Below, piece after piece: positions 8,521-16,276 of a stretch of 64,000 bases of DNA. This stretch comes from a virus. Both the position numbers and the translations under genes were made by a program. The stretch lies in IMG/VR virus record IMGVR_UViG_3300044772_000008. One strand, given 5' to 3'. The notes under the pieces were generated by a model that ran no database searches, had not been told where the DNA came from, and saw only the letters and a list, made by a program, of their open reading frames with translations. Position 1 is the stretch's first letter. Every line of letters begins with the position of its first letter.

Positions 8521-8659
8521 TGAATAGAGCGTGCCGCATGTCCACTTGCCGTGAATGCAACTTCCAAGGTTCTCGTGCTTACGTTGAGGCTAGCTACTAT
8601 GTGCTCCTCAGGATAAAACTCTTTTCGGAGGATACCAAAGGAACCCCTAGGGATGCTGA

Positions 8660-8688
8660 TTGTCAACCGGACTTGGGGATGCTATAAG
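8660..8688 (+). promoter_or_regulatory. sigma70/SigA-type promoter P1
   Basis: TTGTCA-17 nt-TATAAG with TGC directly upstream of the -10. About 25 nt is nearly identical to P3 (TGATTGTCAACCG...). Confidence 0.65.
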
Positions 8689-8760
8689 ATAGTGGTAGAT
8701 GGGAGCAGGCTACCAAACCGAGCTCCCAATCTACGAAACAGGAAAGGAGGTGAATACCAA

Positions 8761-9069
8761 ATGAAGCGAGCCGAGTACGAGCACACAGGGTTCGGTAAGT
8801 GGAAGTGGGTAGACCACAGGCTGTGTGACCGTTGCGGACGTGAGATCCTGTTCCCTTGGGAGGGACACTCCGCGAACGGCGTCGCCTCAACTGAGGCGCG
8901 TCTGTTCGGGGTCTATGAGGACCTCGACAGCGGTTGCTACACAGCAGTCTACCACGGACAGGACGCAACCAGAAGCGAGCCGCTTCTGCACTTCGTCGGA
9001 AACCTGAGGCCGACAGGTGTGAACGCACTAGCAGCATCGAAGCGAAACCAGCTACAAGGGATCGTGTAG
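8761..9069 (+). CDS. hypothetical protein
   Basis: Start refined to the ATG after AAAGGAGGTGAATACCAA, because the track start at 8653 would include promoter P1. 102 aa with a CDRCG motif. Confidence 0.65.
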   Translation: MKRAEYEHTGFGKWKWVDHRLCDRCGREILFPWEGHSANGVASTEARLFGVYEDLDSGCYTAVYHGQDATRSEPLLHFVGNLRPTGVNALAASKRNQLQGIV

Positions 9070-9085
9070 AGGGAAGGTGAACAGG

Positions 9086-9253
9086 GTGAGGCTCAGGAAG
9101 GCCGATAGGAAGTTCATCAAGGAGGCCCTAGAGTGGTGCCTTCAGAACTCCGTCGACGACGAGGAGTTCATGCACCTGAACGAAGAGGAGAAGGTACAGT
9201 TCGCAAGGGACATTGTCACTTACGAACGGCTCATCAGGAAGTTCGACCGCTAG
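9086..9253 (+). CDS. small hypothetical protein
   Basis: Own reading (55 aa). GTG after GGGAAGGTGA. Helical K/E-rich sequence with G/C third positions. Confidence 0.45.
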   Translation: MRLRKADRKFIKEALEWCLQNSVDDEEFMHLNEEEKVQFARDIVTYERLIRKFDR

Positions 9254-9256
9254 GCA

Positions 9257-9460
9257 ATGGAGGCGAATAACCGGAGGCAACACATGAGACCCGCAGACGA
9301 AGAGACGTGGGAACAAGAGTACTGGGACGAGTACCTCAACGAGTTCGGACCTGAAGCCTACGTTGAGGCCCGCTTCGGAACAGAACCACTTCAGAACATG
9401 GAACGCAGCAAGGGAGGTGAGGTGGATGGGGCTCAAGGGCAAGACCTCGCAGCAGCGTGA
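9257..9460 (+). CDS. hypothetical acidic protein
   Basis: 67 aa ORF from the track, immediately after the previous stop. Confidence 0.55.
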   Translation: MEANNRRQHMRPADEETWEQEYWDEYLNEFGPEAYVEARFGTEPLQNMERSKGGEVDGAQGQDLAAA

Positions 9461-9751
9461 CAGGATTCGAGCACGCCGGATCCGCAAGCTCCAGCGGCTA
9501 GCTCGGAAGCGGAACAGGTCATAGGGAATACTCTGTAGGGTAACACAAGCGGATGGGGACGATAGACGGTGAGGGCAGGCAAGCCTCACCACAGTGCAAC
9601 TCGTACTGGTAGCGTTCCGTCCCATTCGGTGAACATAGAAGGAGGCTACGACGGTGCTGTGACTTGAGCGTCCTGCCTGACAAGAGACCACGTCCGGGCT
9701 AGGCGCTGAAGTACACAGACGAAGGGCGATTGAACCTAAGGAGGTGACACA

Positions 9752-9871
9752 ATGGACGGGCAGAAGGATTACGGTACGGCGTGGCTGTTGACAGGCCTCG
9801 TGATCGGTGCCATCCTAGGGGGCTTCCTAGTCTACCTCTGGGCACTGGCCAACCCCGCGAGCCTGACGTAA
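9752..9871 (+). CDS. small single-pass membrane protein
   Basis: Own reading (39 aa). ATG after TAAGGAGGTGACACA. Contains WLLTGLVIGAILGGFLVYLWAL. Confidence 0.5.
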   Translation: MDGQKDYGTAWLLTGLVIGAILGGFLVYLWALANPASLT

Positions 9872-9886
9872 GGGGAGGAGTAACAC

Positions 9887-10153
9887 ATGCCAGACAAGAA
9901 GGTCTACCCGGAGACGAGTGACCTCGAAGAGAAGCTAGCGTCGATCCTCAAGGACTCGACGCTCAAGCAGTGGAACATGTTCACTGTGGCAGCGAAGATG
10001 TCCGAGTACATCGGGGAGTACGAGCACGGGTCGGTCGACATCGAGGACCTGTTCAAGGAGGTCCCACTTCACCACCGTGCCTACATGCTGCGTGCAACAT
10101 CAGCGGTGCTGGTCGACTTCTTCGAAACGCTGGTGCATGGAGAGGAGGTGTAG
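9887..10153 (+). CDS. hypothetical protein
   Basis: 88 aa. ATG after GGGGAGGAGTAACAC. Confidence 0.7.
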   Translation: MPDKKVYPETSDLEEKLASILKDSTLKQWNMFTVAAKMSEYIGEYEHGSVDIEDLFKEVPLHHRAYMLRATSAVLVDFFETLVHGEEV

Positions 10154-10155
10154 TT

Positions 10156-10317
10156 GTGACCACTACGGTGTTCCACATGACGGTCAAGGAGCCAGGTGCT
10201 CCTAAGAGCAAGACGAGGAAGTTCCGCTACACCGACCTCATCGTCCTGTTCGAGAAGGAGCACGAGGCACACCGTGCTGGGTTCGAGACCAAGGTCGACA
10301 CCGTCCGTAGTAGGTAG
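10156..10317 (+). CDS. small hypothetical protein
   Basis: GTG at 10156 after GGAGAGGAGGTG. This is the C-terminal part of track ORF 9970-10317, and only this part has an RBS and does not overlap 9887-10153. Confidence 0.5.
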   Translation: MTTTVFHMTVKEPGAPKSKTRKFRYTDLIVLFEKEHEAHRAGFETKVDTVRSR

Positions 10318-10388
10318 TGGGTTGCGTACGAGGGCTCAGTTCGGACCTGGAGTGAGCCCTCACCGGAGTCCACTAGAGGAGGTGTGTT

Positions 10389-10547
10389 ATGGACTATGTT
10401 GGCAACGACGCGAACCGCACACAGCGGCGTGTCAGGGTCACGAAGACGAAGGTGACCAAGAAGGGTCGTACGGATGAGATACTCCCACTCGATCCTCGGG
10501 AGGGCGTGTTCCGTGACGACGAGATCGCCCGCGCGAAGGGGAAGTGA
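10389..10547 (+). CDS. small basic hypothetical protein
   Basis: Own reading (52 aa). ATG after AGAGGAGGTGTGTT. Confidence 0.45.
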   Translation: MDYVGNDANRTQRRVRVTKTKVTKKGRTDEILPLDPREGVFRDDEIARAKGK

Positions 10548-10575
10548 TAGAATCGAATTTCCACGAGGACACGGC

Positions 10576-10605
10576 TTGCTTATTCCGAGTGGGCTGTGTT
10601 AGAAT
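10576..10605 (+). promoter_or_regulatory. sigma70/SigA-type promoter P2
   Basis: TTGCTT-18 nt-TAGAAT with TGT (extended -10) directly upstream. Intergenic, 33 nt upstream of the ATG at 10639. Confidence 0.65.
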
Positions 10606-10638
10606 TAGATAAGGCGATGAGCCTAGAAAGGACACCCC

Positions 10639-10884
10639 ATGGCCAATGGTGGACCTTGCGGATCACCCCAAGGCGAAGACCTCGTACAACAGGTTGCCCA
10701 CGAGCTCGGTATCACAGACGAGGACAACTGGGATCTGATGGACGAACTTCGTGAGGCAGTCGAGAAGGATGGGCCTCAAGGCGACGAAGCCTATGACCAA
10801 CGTGGCTTCGGCATGAACGCACTCGAGGAGTTTGGCCCTAACGGACCAGACGGAGAACCTGATGACCCGAGGGCGTACGAATAG
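10639..10884 (+). CDS. strongly acidic small protein (first gene after P2)
   Basis: 81 aa with about 22 Asp/Glu versus about 5 basic residues. No Cys pairs or HTH. Confidence 0.7.
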   Translation: MANGGPCGSPQGEDLVQQVAHELGITDEDNWDLMDELREAVEKDGPQGDEAYDQRGFGMNALEEFGPNGPDGEPDDPRAYE

Positions 10885-11000
10885 GGAACTAGCCGATTGG
10901 GTGTTGGCACTTGACATCCGGAGACGGACACAAGACCGACGCCCTGTGGGCTAGCAAAGGCAACACGCCCGCGGCTGACCTCTGAAAGGGGGTGACAGGA

Positions 11001-11330
11001 ATGGCATACGGAACGTGTAGGGTGTGCGGGTCGAAGTTCTACTTCGACGCTGTGCGCGCAGACCAGAAAGGTCGACGGCCTCAAGTCTGCCCAAGCGGCC
11101 ACCCTCTTCTGAACATCATCCGTGCCCGGCAAGGTCCACAGGCCTTCTTCGAGTGCCCTAGAGGACACGTTGCACGTCCCTTGCTCTATGCTCCTGTCAC
11201 GCCTGAGGCGAACATCGTTGTCTGCACAGGTAAGACGAAGAAGGGCAAGGCTTGCGGCGAGATGTTCCTCGTCTTCGAACGTCGTGCCTCGAAGGGGGTG
11301 CTGACACGTGGACAAGCCAAAGTGTCCTGA
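11001..11330 (+). CDS. zinc-ribbon protein
   Basis: ATG after AAAGGGGGTGACAGGA. CRVCG ... CPSGH ... CPRGH ... CTGK..C motifs. Confidence 0.65.
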   Translation: MAYGTCRVCGSKFYFDAVRADQKGRRPQVCPSGHPLLNIIRARQGPQAFFECPRGHVARPLLYAPVTPEANIVVCTGKTKKGKACGEMFLVFERRASKGVLTRGQAKVS

Positions 11331-11487
11331 CCACCCTAAGGCAGGGACAGTTTCTGCTCGCAAGGCGGGAACGTCGGTAGAACGCTGGCACTGCATAACG
11401 TGCTGGAGAGATCTAGGCTTCGCTGGGTACAACGACGGCTCTTACGAAACTGTCGTAGTGGACGAAAGGAACGTCGAGGGACAATGA
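11308..11487 (+). CDS. small Cys/His-containing hypothetical protein
   Basis: Own reading (59 aa). GTG after GAAGGGGG. Contains KCPDH ... HCITC. Ends just before P3. Confidence 0.45.
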   Translation: MDKPKCPDHPKAGTVSARKAGTSVERWHCITCWRDLGFAGYNDGSYETVVVDERNVEGQ

Positions 11488-11518
11488 TTGTCAACCGTAC
11501 TACGGCCTGCTATATAAT
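11488..11518 (+). promoter_or_regulatory. sigma70/SigA-type promoter P3
   Basis: TTGTCA-17 nt-TATATAAT with TGC upstream of the -10. Paralogous to P1. Confidence 0.65.
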
Positions 11519-11545
11519 CGTGGTAAGTCAAGAGAGGAGGACTGG

Positions 11546-11731
11546 TTGACACGAACAGTCATAAGGGTCGAACGGCTTCCTGAGGGACCGCCTGCTCTCG
11601 ACGTCGAGTACCTGAAGTGGATTCGACGTAGGGTCGCTGGGGGTAGCATCTCAGAAGCTGCTGCCCTAGCAGGTATCAGAGCACGTGCACCACACCTTAC
11701 GCTGAAGCAGGCGAAGGTCAAGCTAGGGTAG
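11546..11731 (+). CDS. small HTH-like DNA-binding protein
   Basis: 61 aa. TTG after AGAGGAGGACTGG. GGSISEAAALAGIRARAPHLTLKQ resembles a helix-turn-helix. Confidence 0.55.
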   Translation: MTRTVIRVERLPEGPPALDVEYLKWIRRRVAGGSISEAAALAGIRARAPHLTLKQAKVKLG

Positions 11732-11893
11732 GTGCTTGAACGTCTCGCACGAGTGGTTCTAGTAGCCGGGATTAGAATAGGCAGTGACGATCTGACAGAC
11801 GTTATTGCCCGGCTCACGTGTCACTCCTACACTCGTGCGAGGCCTTGAGGCACAAGCCTCGCTGAGAGGGATGGAAGGAGGTGCAAAGCCGAA

Positions 11894-12067
11894 ATGGCCG
11901 ACACGAGTCTCGGTACGTACACGTTCGAGAAGGAGACACCGGGCACGCGACGTTATCAGTCGAAGTCGGAGAGCGGACGGAAGGAGACGATCTACATTCC
12001 GAAAGCCACCGCCGAGAAGATGTCACCGCCGAACCCGGAGTCATTCGAACTGATCGCCCGCACGTAA
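11894..12067 (+). CDS. small hypothetical protein
   Basis: Own reading (57 aa, MADTSLGTYTFEKETPG...). Third positions are strongly G/C-biased, unlike the overlapping Arg-rich track ORFs 11805-12053 and 11881-12372. Confidence 0.5.
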   Translation: MADTSLGTYTFEKETPGTRRYQSKSESGRKETIYIPKATAEKMSPPNPESFELIART

Positions 12068-12100
12068 CAACAAGGCGGCAGCAAGGGAGGCACGAGGCCC

Positions 12101-12372
12101 ATGACAGCCTTACGGCTGACAGACAAGATCATAACGTCCGAGCTTGGTCCGACTCGGAGGCCTCCCGCAAACAGAACGTCTCTGCTCCTGAGGGTGGAGA
12201 CAGCCACGGATCGACCGAACCGATTCTTGTGGGAAGCGGTGTAGGAGATCCAATGTGGCCAATTACTAAGGACGGCTATGAAGCAACACGCAGTAGATGG
12301 CACAGGGAGGGTCTCGCCGTCCAGGTCTTCTCAGGACCCTGTGCCATCACTGCTTCGCCCCTTCGCGGGTGA
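12101..12372 (+). pseudogene. possible decayed HNH-endonuclease remnant (two short ORFs in adjacent frames)
   Basis: 12101-12244 ends ...NRFLWEAV. 12253-12372 reads MWPITKDGYEATRSRWHREGLAVQVFSGP. Together they resemble the N-terminal ERFWAKV..W.WTG..NGYG..R block of the intact HNH at 30764, but the frame is broken and no HNH catalytic block follows. Confidence 0.25.
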
Positions 12373-12628
12373 CGGTCAGAGCCTTGCTCTTCAGGTCAGG
12401 GCTCCGGCCGTGGTCTACGAAAGGGGGAACATAGTGCCAGAAGGTGTCTGGAAGCGTAGGTGGGAACGGCTGAGGGAAGCAGGTCTCACCTTCGAACAGG
12501 CCCAGATCGTGTACCGAGTCCTTGACGAGACACGTGCGTTCGGCTATCAGTGGACGGCCGATACTGCATACAAGGACTTGGAGGAGGCATATGGGGAGGT
12601 GAAGGTTGGTAACAAAGAAGGCCAGTGA
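12278..12628 (+). CDS. hypothetical protein (start uncertain; GTG at 12434 after AAAGGGGG is an alternative)
   Basis: The C-terminal 65 aa (VPEGVWKRRWERLREAGLTFEQAQIVYRVLDE...) look protein-like. The N-terminal part is doubtful. Confidence 0.5.
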   Translation: MKQHAVDGTGRVSPSRSSQDPVPSLLRPFAGDGQSLALQVRAPAVVYERGNIVPEGVWKRRWERLREAGLTFEQAQIVYRVLDETRAFGYQWTADTAYKDLEEAYGEVKVGNKEGQ

Positions 12629-12821
12629 CACGCGGAGGCGTCTGAACAAGTTGGTCGTCGGTAAGTCGACGTCCTTCAAGACAGATTACGCGTACGAAAT
12701 CGCAGCGATTCGTGCACGTGTGTTCTCCACCGCTAAGTCGATGGGGATCACAGTCCAGACCGAAAAGAAGGGCAAGCGAGGCGGCAACGGCTTCATCCTC
12801 CAAGTCACACGAGTGGCTTAG
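12606..12821 (+). CDS. small basic hypothetical protein
   Basis: 71 aa. TTG after GGGGAGGTGAAGG. Confidence 0.6.
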   Translation: MVTKKASDTRRRLNKLVVGKSTSFKTDYAYEIAAIRARVFSTAKSMGITVQTEKKGKRGGNGFILQVTRVA

Positions 12822-13129
12822 GAGGGTTCAACGTCCGGCATATCGACGAAGCGATTTCTCCTGGCCATGGGGTCCGCTCCGGTGTGCCGGGCCTTGAGCC
12901 CTTCGAACGTACCAGGAACGGGCTTTGAAAGGAGGTGGTCATGCGGGCCTACAGCGTCTAAAGGGCCCTGTGCCCAGCGTCGTACACGGTCAGCGTCCAT
13001 TGGGGACTAAACGGATACTGTGGTTGGTTCCGCAGTCAAGCTGATACCAATCCGTATATACCGTGTGCGGCGCTGGGGACAGTAGCCAAACGAGCTAACG
13101 CCCTATATAACAGGACTAAGAGGAGTCAA

Positions 13130-13372
13130 ATGGATAGACCAGGTGTATCAGCAGGGACAGGTAGTCCAGCACTGCGTTGCGTCTTCGAAGAGTACAGAGG
13201 CATACAGCAGTCCTTGAAGGAGGAGCTGCCTCTCTACAGGCCGTGCGGACGACCTGGAGTAGGGATGTTTGAACAGAAGCCTTACTGCGACGAGCACATA
13301 GAGGCAGTGGCCCAGGAAAGGAGAACACAATCAGCACGCAAAGCAAACGACCAAGCCTCACAGGCCGACTGA
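13130..13372 (+). CDS. hypothetical protein
   Basis: 80 aa. ATG after TAAGAGGAGTCAA. Confidence 0.6.
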   Translation: MDRPGVSAGTGSPALRCVFEEYRGIQQSLKEELPLYRPCGRPGVGMFEQKPYCDEHIEAVAQERRTQSARKANDQASQAD

Positions 13373-13383
13373 ACGAGCAACCG

Positions 13384-13539
13384 ATGCTGACCAACGTCAG
13401 GAAACTTGCACGACTGATCCTGACTAATGAGCAGCCAGAGTCGGTTCAGTACGAGGACTACATCTCGGGACGACGGTACGTGATCCATCTTACTAACAAC
13501 CATCGTCTCGAGTTGTTCGTCCCCTTCGAAGTGAACTGA
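13384..13539 (+). CDS. small hypothetical protein
   Basis: Own reading (51 aa, MLTNVRKLARLILTNEQPES...). Weak RBS. Confidence 0.4.
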   Translation: MLTNVRKLARLILTNEQPESVQYEDYISGRRYVIHLTNNHRLELFVPFEVN

Positions 13540-13580
13540 TACGCTCCCAAAGGAGTTGAAAAAAGATTCCAGGAACGGGC

Positions 13581-13610
13581 TTGCTTTCGCCAGTTGGGGT
13601 GTCATATAAT
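13581..13610 (+). promoter_or_regulatory. sigma70/SigA-type promoter P4
   Basis: TTGCTT-18 nt-TATAAT. Related to P2 (CGGCTTGCTT...GTGGG/TTGGGG...). Confidence 0.65.
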
Positions 13611-13668
13611 TGGGTGAGAGCAAGAGAGATACCATGACATCGACACCTACGGAGAGGAGGTGACACAC

Positions 13669-13941
13669 ATGGCGCGCAGCAACGGCGAGAACCAGGAGCC
13701 CGAAAGCAACATCGTGACTCCGGTCGCCCTCTCGAAGGAGCTGGGTATCCGTCCGCAGATCATCTTCGGGTGGACCCGCGGTGGCAAGCTGCCCGTGCAC
13801 TTCTGCGTTTGCGGGCACCAGTACCTGCAGCGGGACGAGGTCGCAACGTTCCTCGCGGAGCGGGAGGCCAAGCAGGCGGAGAAGGAAGCCAAGGTCGCAG
13901 CCGAGCTCGAGGCGAGCGAGGCAGAGACGGCGGCAGCCTAA
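13669..13941 (+). CDS. excisionase/MerR-like HTH protein with Lys/Ala/Glu-rich tail (paralog 2)
   Basis: ATG after GGAGAGGAGGTGACACAC. VTPVALSKELGIRPQIIFGWTRGGKLP, then EREAKQAEKEAKVAAELEASEAE. Flanked by P4 and a terminator. Confidence 0.75.
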   Translation: MARSNGENQEPESNIVTPVALSKELGIRPQIIFGWTRGGKLPVHFCVCGHQYLQRDEVATFLAEREAKQAEKEAKVAAELEASEAETAAA

Positions 13942-13950
13942 CTTCAACTG

Positions 13951-13985
13951 AAGGGCTTGGGACACAGAGAAGGTTCCAAGCCCTT
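13951..13985 (+). terminator. intrinsic terminator-like hairpin
   Basis: 10-bp perfect stem AAGGGCTTGG / CCAAGCCCTT, 15-nt loop, 10 nt after the stop. Only a short T run. Confidence 0.55.
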
Positions 13986-13998
13986 TGGTGGAGGCTAG

Positions 13999-14094
13999 GA
14001 GAAGCCCCTGGAAGGACGGTCGTATGGTATTACGGCGTGGCCCACAGATCCCTTTTCGAAAGCCACAAACGTCCCTCACACTCAGGGGCTTCTC
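13999..14094 (+). other. structured intergenic element C (long-range helix)
   Basis: 12-bp perfect inverted repeat GAGAAGCCCCTG (13999-14010) / CAGGGGCTTCTC (14083-14094) closes about 72 nt of ORF-poor sequence. Confidence 0.5.
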
Positions 14095-14115
14095 GTAGTC
14101 TCTACAGGAGGTAAC

Positions 14116-14307
14116 GTGGAACAAGTGCAGACACGTAGCGACGGAGGTGAACTCAAGTACTTCGACAGCCTGAAGGAGGCATTCGAGTACGCTGAGAAGC
14201 ACCATGACGTCTGGAAGATCAGCTTCAACTTCGGCAACGAGCGTGTTCGTCTTGTTCGTGACGAAGAGTACCCTAGCCAGTTCGTGTACGTGCCCATCAT
14301 CTCCTAG
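14116..14307 (+). CDS. hypothetical protein
   Basis: 63 aa. GTG after CAGGAGGTAAC. Confidence 0.65.
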   Translation: MEQVQTRSDGGELKYFDSLKEAFEYAEKHHDVWKISFNFGNERVRLVRDEEYPSQFVYVPIIS

Positions 14308-14316
14308 AGAGGGCAG

Positions 14317-14805
14317 ATGGCTGAAGCATATGGATTCACCGGTACCCGAAAGGGTATGACGGGCGCGCAGCGCAGAGCTGTCCGCGCGATGCTTCAGGCT
14401 GCTTCCGAACTACATCACGGCTGCTGCACAGGCTCAGACCATGATGCCCACCTTGCAGCACAGCTCGAGAACGCCCACCGGGCTGCTCTCACTAGACTCA
14501 ACGAGTCGCTGTCTCCGATTGCTATCTGGGCGCATCCGCCTAAGGACACACGTTACCGGGCAGCATGCGAGGGTGCTCACACTTACTTCCAACCCAAGCC
14601 GTACTTGGAACGGAACGCCGACATCGTCGACTACCTTCCCGCTTGGGGCAAGATGATCGCCACGCCGCGGCAGGCACCTGACAAAGAACCACAGGGGTGG
14701 TTACGCGGCGAAGGGACTTGGTGGACAGTCCGTTACGCACTCAATGCCAATCGGGTCGTCAACATCGTCTGGCCCGACGGGACACTCGAGGTGAGGAAGC
14801 CATGA
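14317..14805 (+). CDS. SLOG-superfamily (DprA/LOG/DUF2493-like) protein, putative nucleotide-binding or -processing
   Basis: FTGTRKGMT ... LHHGCCTGSDHDAH ... ERNADIVDY resembles the SLOG Rossmann-like pattern. The call is by eye only. Confidence 0.45.
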   Translation: MAEAYGFTGTRKGMTGAQRRAVRAMLQAASELHHGCCTGSDHDAHLAAQLENAHRAALTRLNESLSPIAIWAHPPKDTRYRAACEGAHTYFQPKPYLERNADIVDYLPAWGKMIATPRQAPDKEPQGWLRGEGTWWTVRYALNANRVVNIVWPDGTLEVRKP

Positions 14806-15020
14806 GTGCGCACAACTTCGAAGGCCGTCTGAGGACGTTCGTTTCTACGTGGGACCTAGGTGATGAGTGGATGACGGACGAGATCGTAGACCGAGTTGGC
14901 TTAGGTAAGTCCCTCAACAGCGACCGTATGCACACTCGAACGAATCTTATGCTCCTGGAATCAGAGGGGACAATCGAACGTCACCAGACAGGTAGGTTCG
15001 CTTTTTGGAGGAAGCCATGA
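14802..15020 (+). CDS. winged-helix-like small protein
   Basis: Start refined to the ATG at 14802 (ATGA overlap with the stop of 14317-14805). LMLLESEGTIERHQTGRFAFWRK resembles a wHTH wing. Confidence 0.55.
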   Translation: MSAHNFEGRLRTFVSTWDLGDEWMTDEIVDRVGLGKSLNSDRMHTRTNLMLLESEGTIERHQTGRFAFWRKP

Positions 15021-15226
15021 AGCCGGGCGAGGAAGAATGCACAGACCCCACGGGGCGAGAGCTGGTGTCGATTGACCTCGACATCAAGCCCATTCCAAGG
15101 CACGACCTTGCTCTCATAGTCACGGGCATGTGCACACGTTGCGGCGGAGTGGACGAAGAACGCATACACGAGTACATGCAGAACGTTCCCAAGCCATTCA
15201 GGAAGGGAGGTGAACATGGAGGTTGA
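15017..15226 (+). CDS. hypothetical protein
   Basis: ATG at 15017 overlaps the upstream stop (ATGA). 69 aa with a CTRCGG motif. Confidence 0.55.
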   Translation: MKPGEEECTDPTGRELVSIDLDIKPIPRHDLALIVTGMCTRCGGVDEERIHEYMQNVPKPFRKGGEHGG

Positions 15227-15746
15227 CATCAGTGGTCTAGACAAGGTCAAGGTGCTGCAGACTCTGTACAATGCCAAGGTGCCGATGGGGATGGGTATGC
15301 TCCACTACGACCCAGAACCATTGTCGGATGACGAGGCGAAGAGGGTCATCGAGTACCACACCTTCCTAGCGGACGATAGTGGCCCTGAGACGTGCTACTT
15401 CGACTACGTTGCGGGGCGTCCTCTGAAGGTGGACATCGCCGGAGACACCGTCAGCATGAGGCTGTACGATCGTGAGGGTGGCGAGGGCATGGGCGACTTT
15501 GTCATTCACATCCTAAGGATCTTCGACGATCCGTATCACCCGATCATCCAGGAGGTCCACAAGACGGGGATGGTCTCTGCCATCGGGTACGCTCGTTTCC
15601 TGGTCGGAGAAGACAGCCCGAAGGCTGACGAGGTCATCAAGCACGCTGACGGTTCAGAGATGCTCATCAAGTCTCTGGATGGCCATCTCCTAGGGAACAA
15701 GGAGTTGGGCGAAGCCATCAAGCGAGCCGAAAGGACCCTGAAATAG
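15216..15746 (+). CDS. hypothetical protein
   Basis: ATG after GGAAGGGAGGTGAAC. 176 aa globular-looking sequence (LYNAKVPMGMGMLHYDPEPL...). Confidence 0.7.
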   Translation: MEVDISGLDKVKVLQTLYNAKVPMGMGMLHYDPEPLSDDEAKRVIEYHTFLADDSGPETCYFDYVAGRPLKVDIAGDTVSMRLYDREGGEGMGDFVIHILRIFDDPYHPIIQEVHKTGMVSAIGYARFLVGEDSPKADEVIKHADGSEMLIKSLDGHLLGNKELGEAIKRAERTLK

Positions 15747-15886
15747 TATTGAAGACCCTGCACAGGCAGTTCGCCCTCCGTGGAGAACCTGCGCCACCAT
15801 AGTGGAGAACCGCAGCCACGTCTAAGAGGGTTCAGTGCGTGCCAGGTAGGTTGAAGGCCTACAGTCTGTGCAGGGCCTTGAGTACT
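15745..15886 (+). other. structured intergenic element A (long imperfect helix)
   Basis: CCCTGCACAG (15756-15765) pairs with CTGTGCAGGG (15866-15875), extended by flanking partial pairing. Internal direct repeat GTGGAGAACC x2 (15780, 15802). The 3' arm GGCCT..CTGTGCAGGGCCTTG is shared with element B. Confidence 0.5.
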
Positions 15887-15891
15887 AGGAG

Positions 15892-15921
15892 TTGAGATTG
15901 CCAAGTGGGCTGGGTTATAAT
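15892..15921 (+). promoter_or_regulatory. sigma70/SigA-type promoter P5
   Basis: TTGAGA-18 nt-TATAAT, 22 nt upstream of the ATG at 15944. The -35 half resembles P10 (TTGAGATTG). Confidence 0.65.
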
Positions 15922-15943
15922 TGAAGGGGAAGGAGGTGATTAC

Positions 15944-16276
15944 ATGGGGATGCACGAACACAAGTCCAAGAAGGGTGTTTGGGCGCACGAGGACCACATG
16001 GTCCCGTCGATGTTAGGTGGTCATGGACACGGACCGGCAAAGTACGTGGGACCGGTCGAAGAGGAGGCGAGGGCTTTGGTGATCGACGAGATCGTTGCCG
16101 AAGAGGCTGCCTCGCAGGAGTCGCTTTTGATCCTCACCGTGAAGTGCAAGGACGACGTCGACGTCAGTGACCTCGCGTACATGCTCTTTGGTCCGTACAG
16201 TGACGCGAAGGAGTTCGGCGAGGAGGTCACGAAGAGGGAGTTCACTCTGACACGAGTGAACAGTCAGGAGGGGTAA
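15944..16276 (+). CDS. hypothetical His-rich N-terminus protein
   Basis: Start refined to the ATG after GAAGGAGGTGATTAC, because the track start at 15905 lies inside P5. Confidence 0.65.
   Translation: MGMHEHKSKKGVWAHEDHMVPSMLGGHGHGPAKYVGPVEEEARALVIDEIVAEEAASQESLLILTVKCKDDVDVSDLAYMLFGPYSDAKEFGEEVTKREFTLTRVNSQEG

Noticed and set aside
8538-8687. 49-codon ORF starting MSTCRECNF in the gap before P1
   Set aside because: The nearest SD-like sequence is 15 nt away. The ORF ends inside the -10 of P1 and its C-terminal half looks non-protein-like. Possible, but unsupported.
9128-9691. 187-aa minus-strand ORF
   Set aside because: It runs antisense across several short plus-strand genes that each have GGAGG RBSs. 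The composition is Cys/Arg/Ser/Leu-rich and junk-like, and it has no RBS.
11805-12372. Overlapping Arg-rich ORFs 11805-12053 and 11881-12372
   Set aside because: Arg/His/Ser/Asp content is extreme and many codons end in A/T. The alternative frame holds short ORFs with the genome-typical G/C3 bias.
13282-14205. 307-aa minus-strand ORF
   Set aside because: It crosses promoter P4, HTH paralog 2, its terminator hairpin and intergenic element C. It is Leu/Arg/Ser-rich and is a typical antisense shadow of GC-rich coding sequence.
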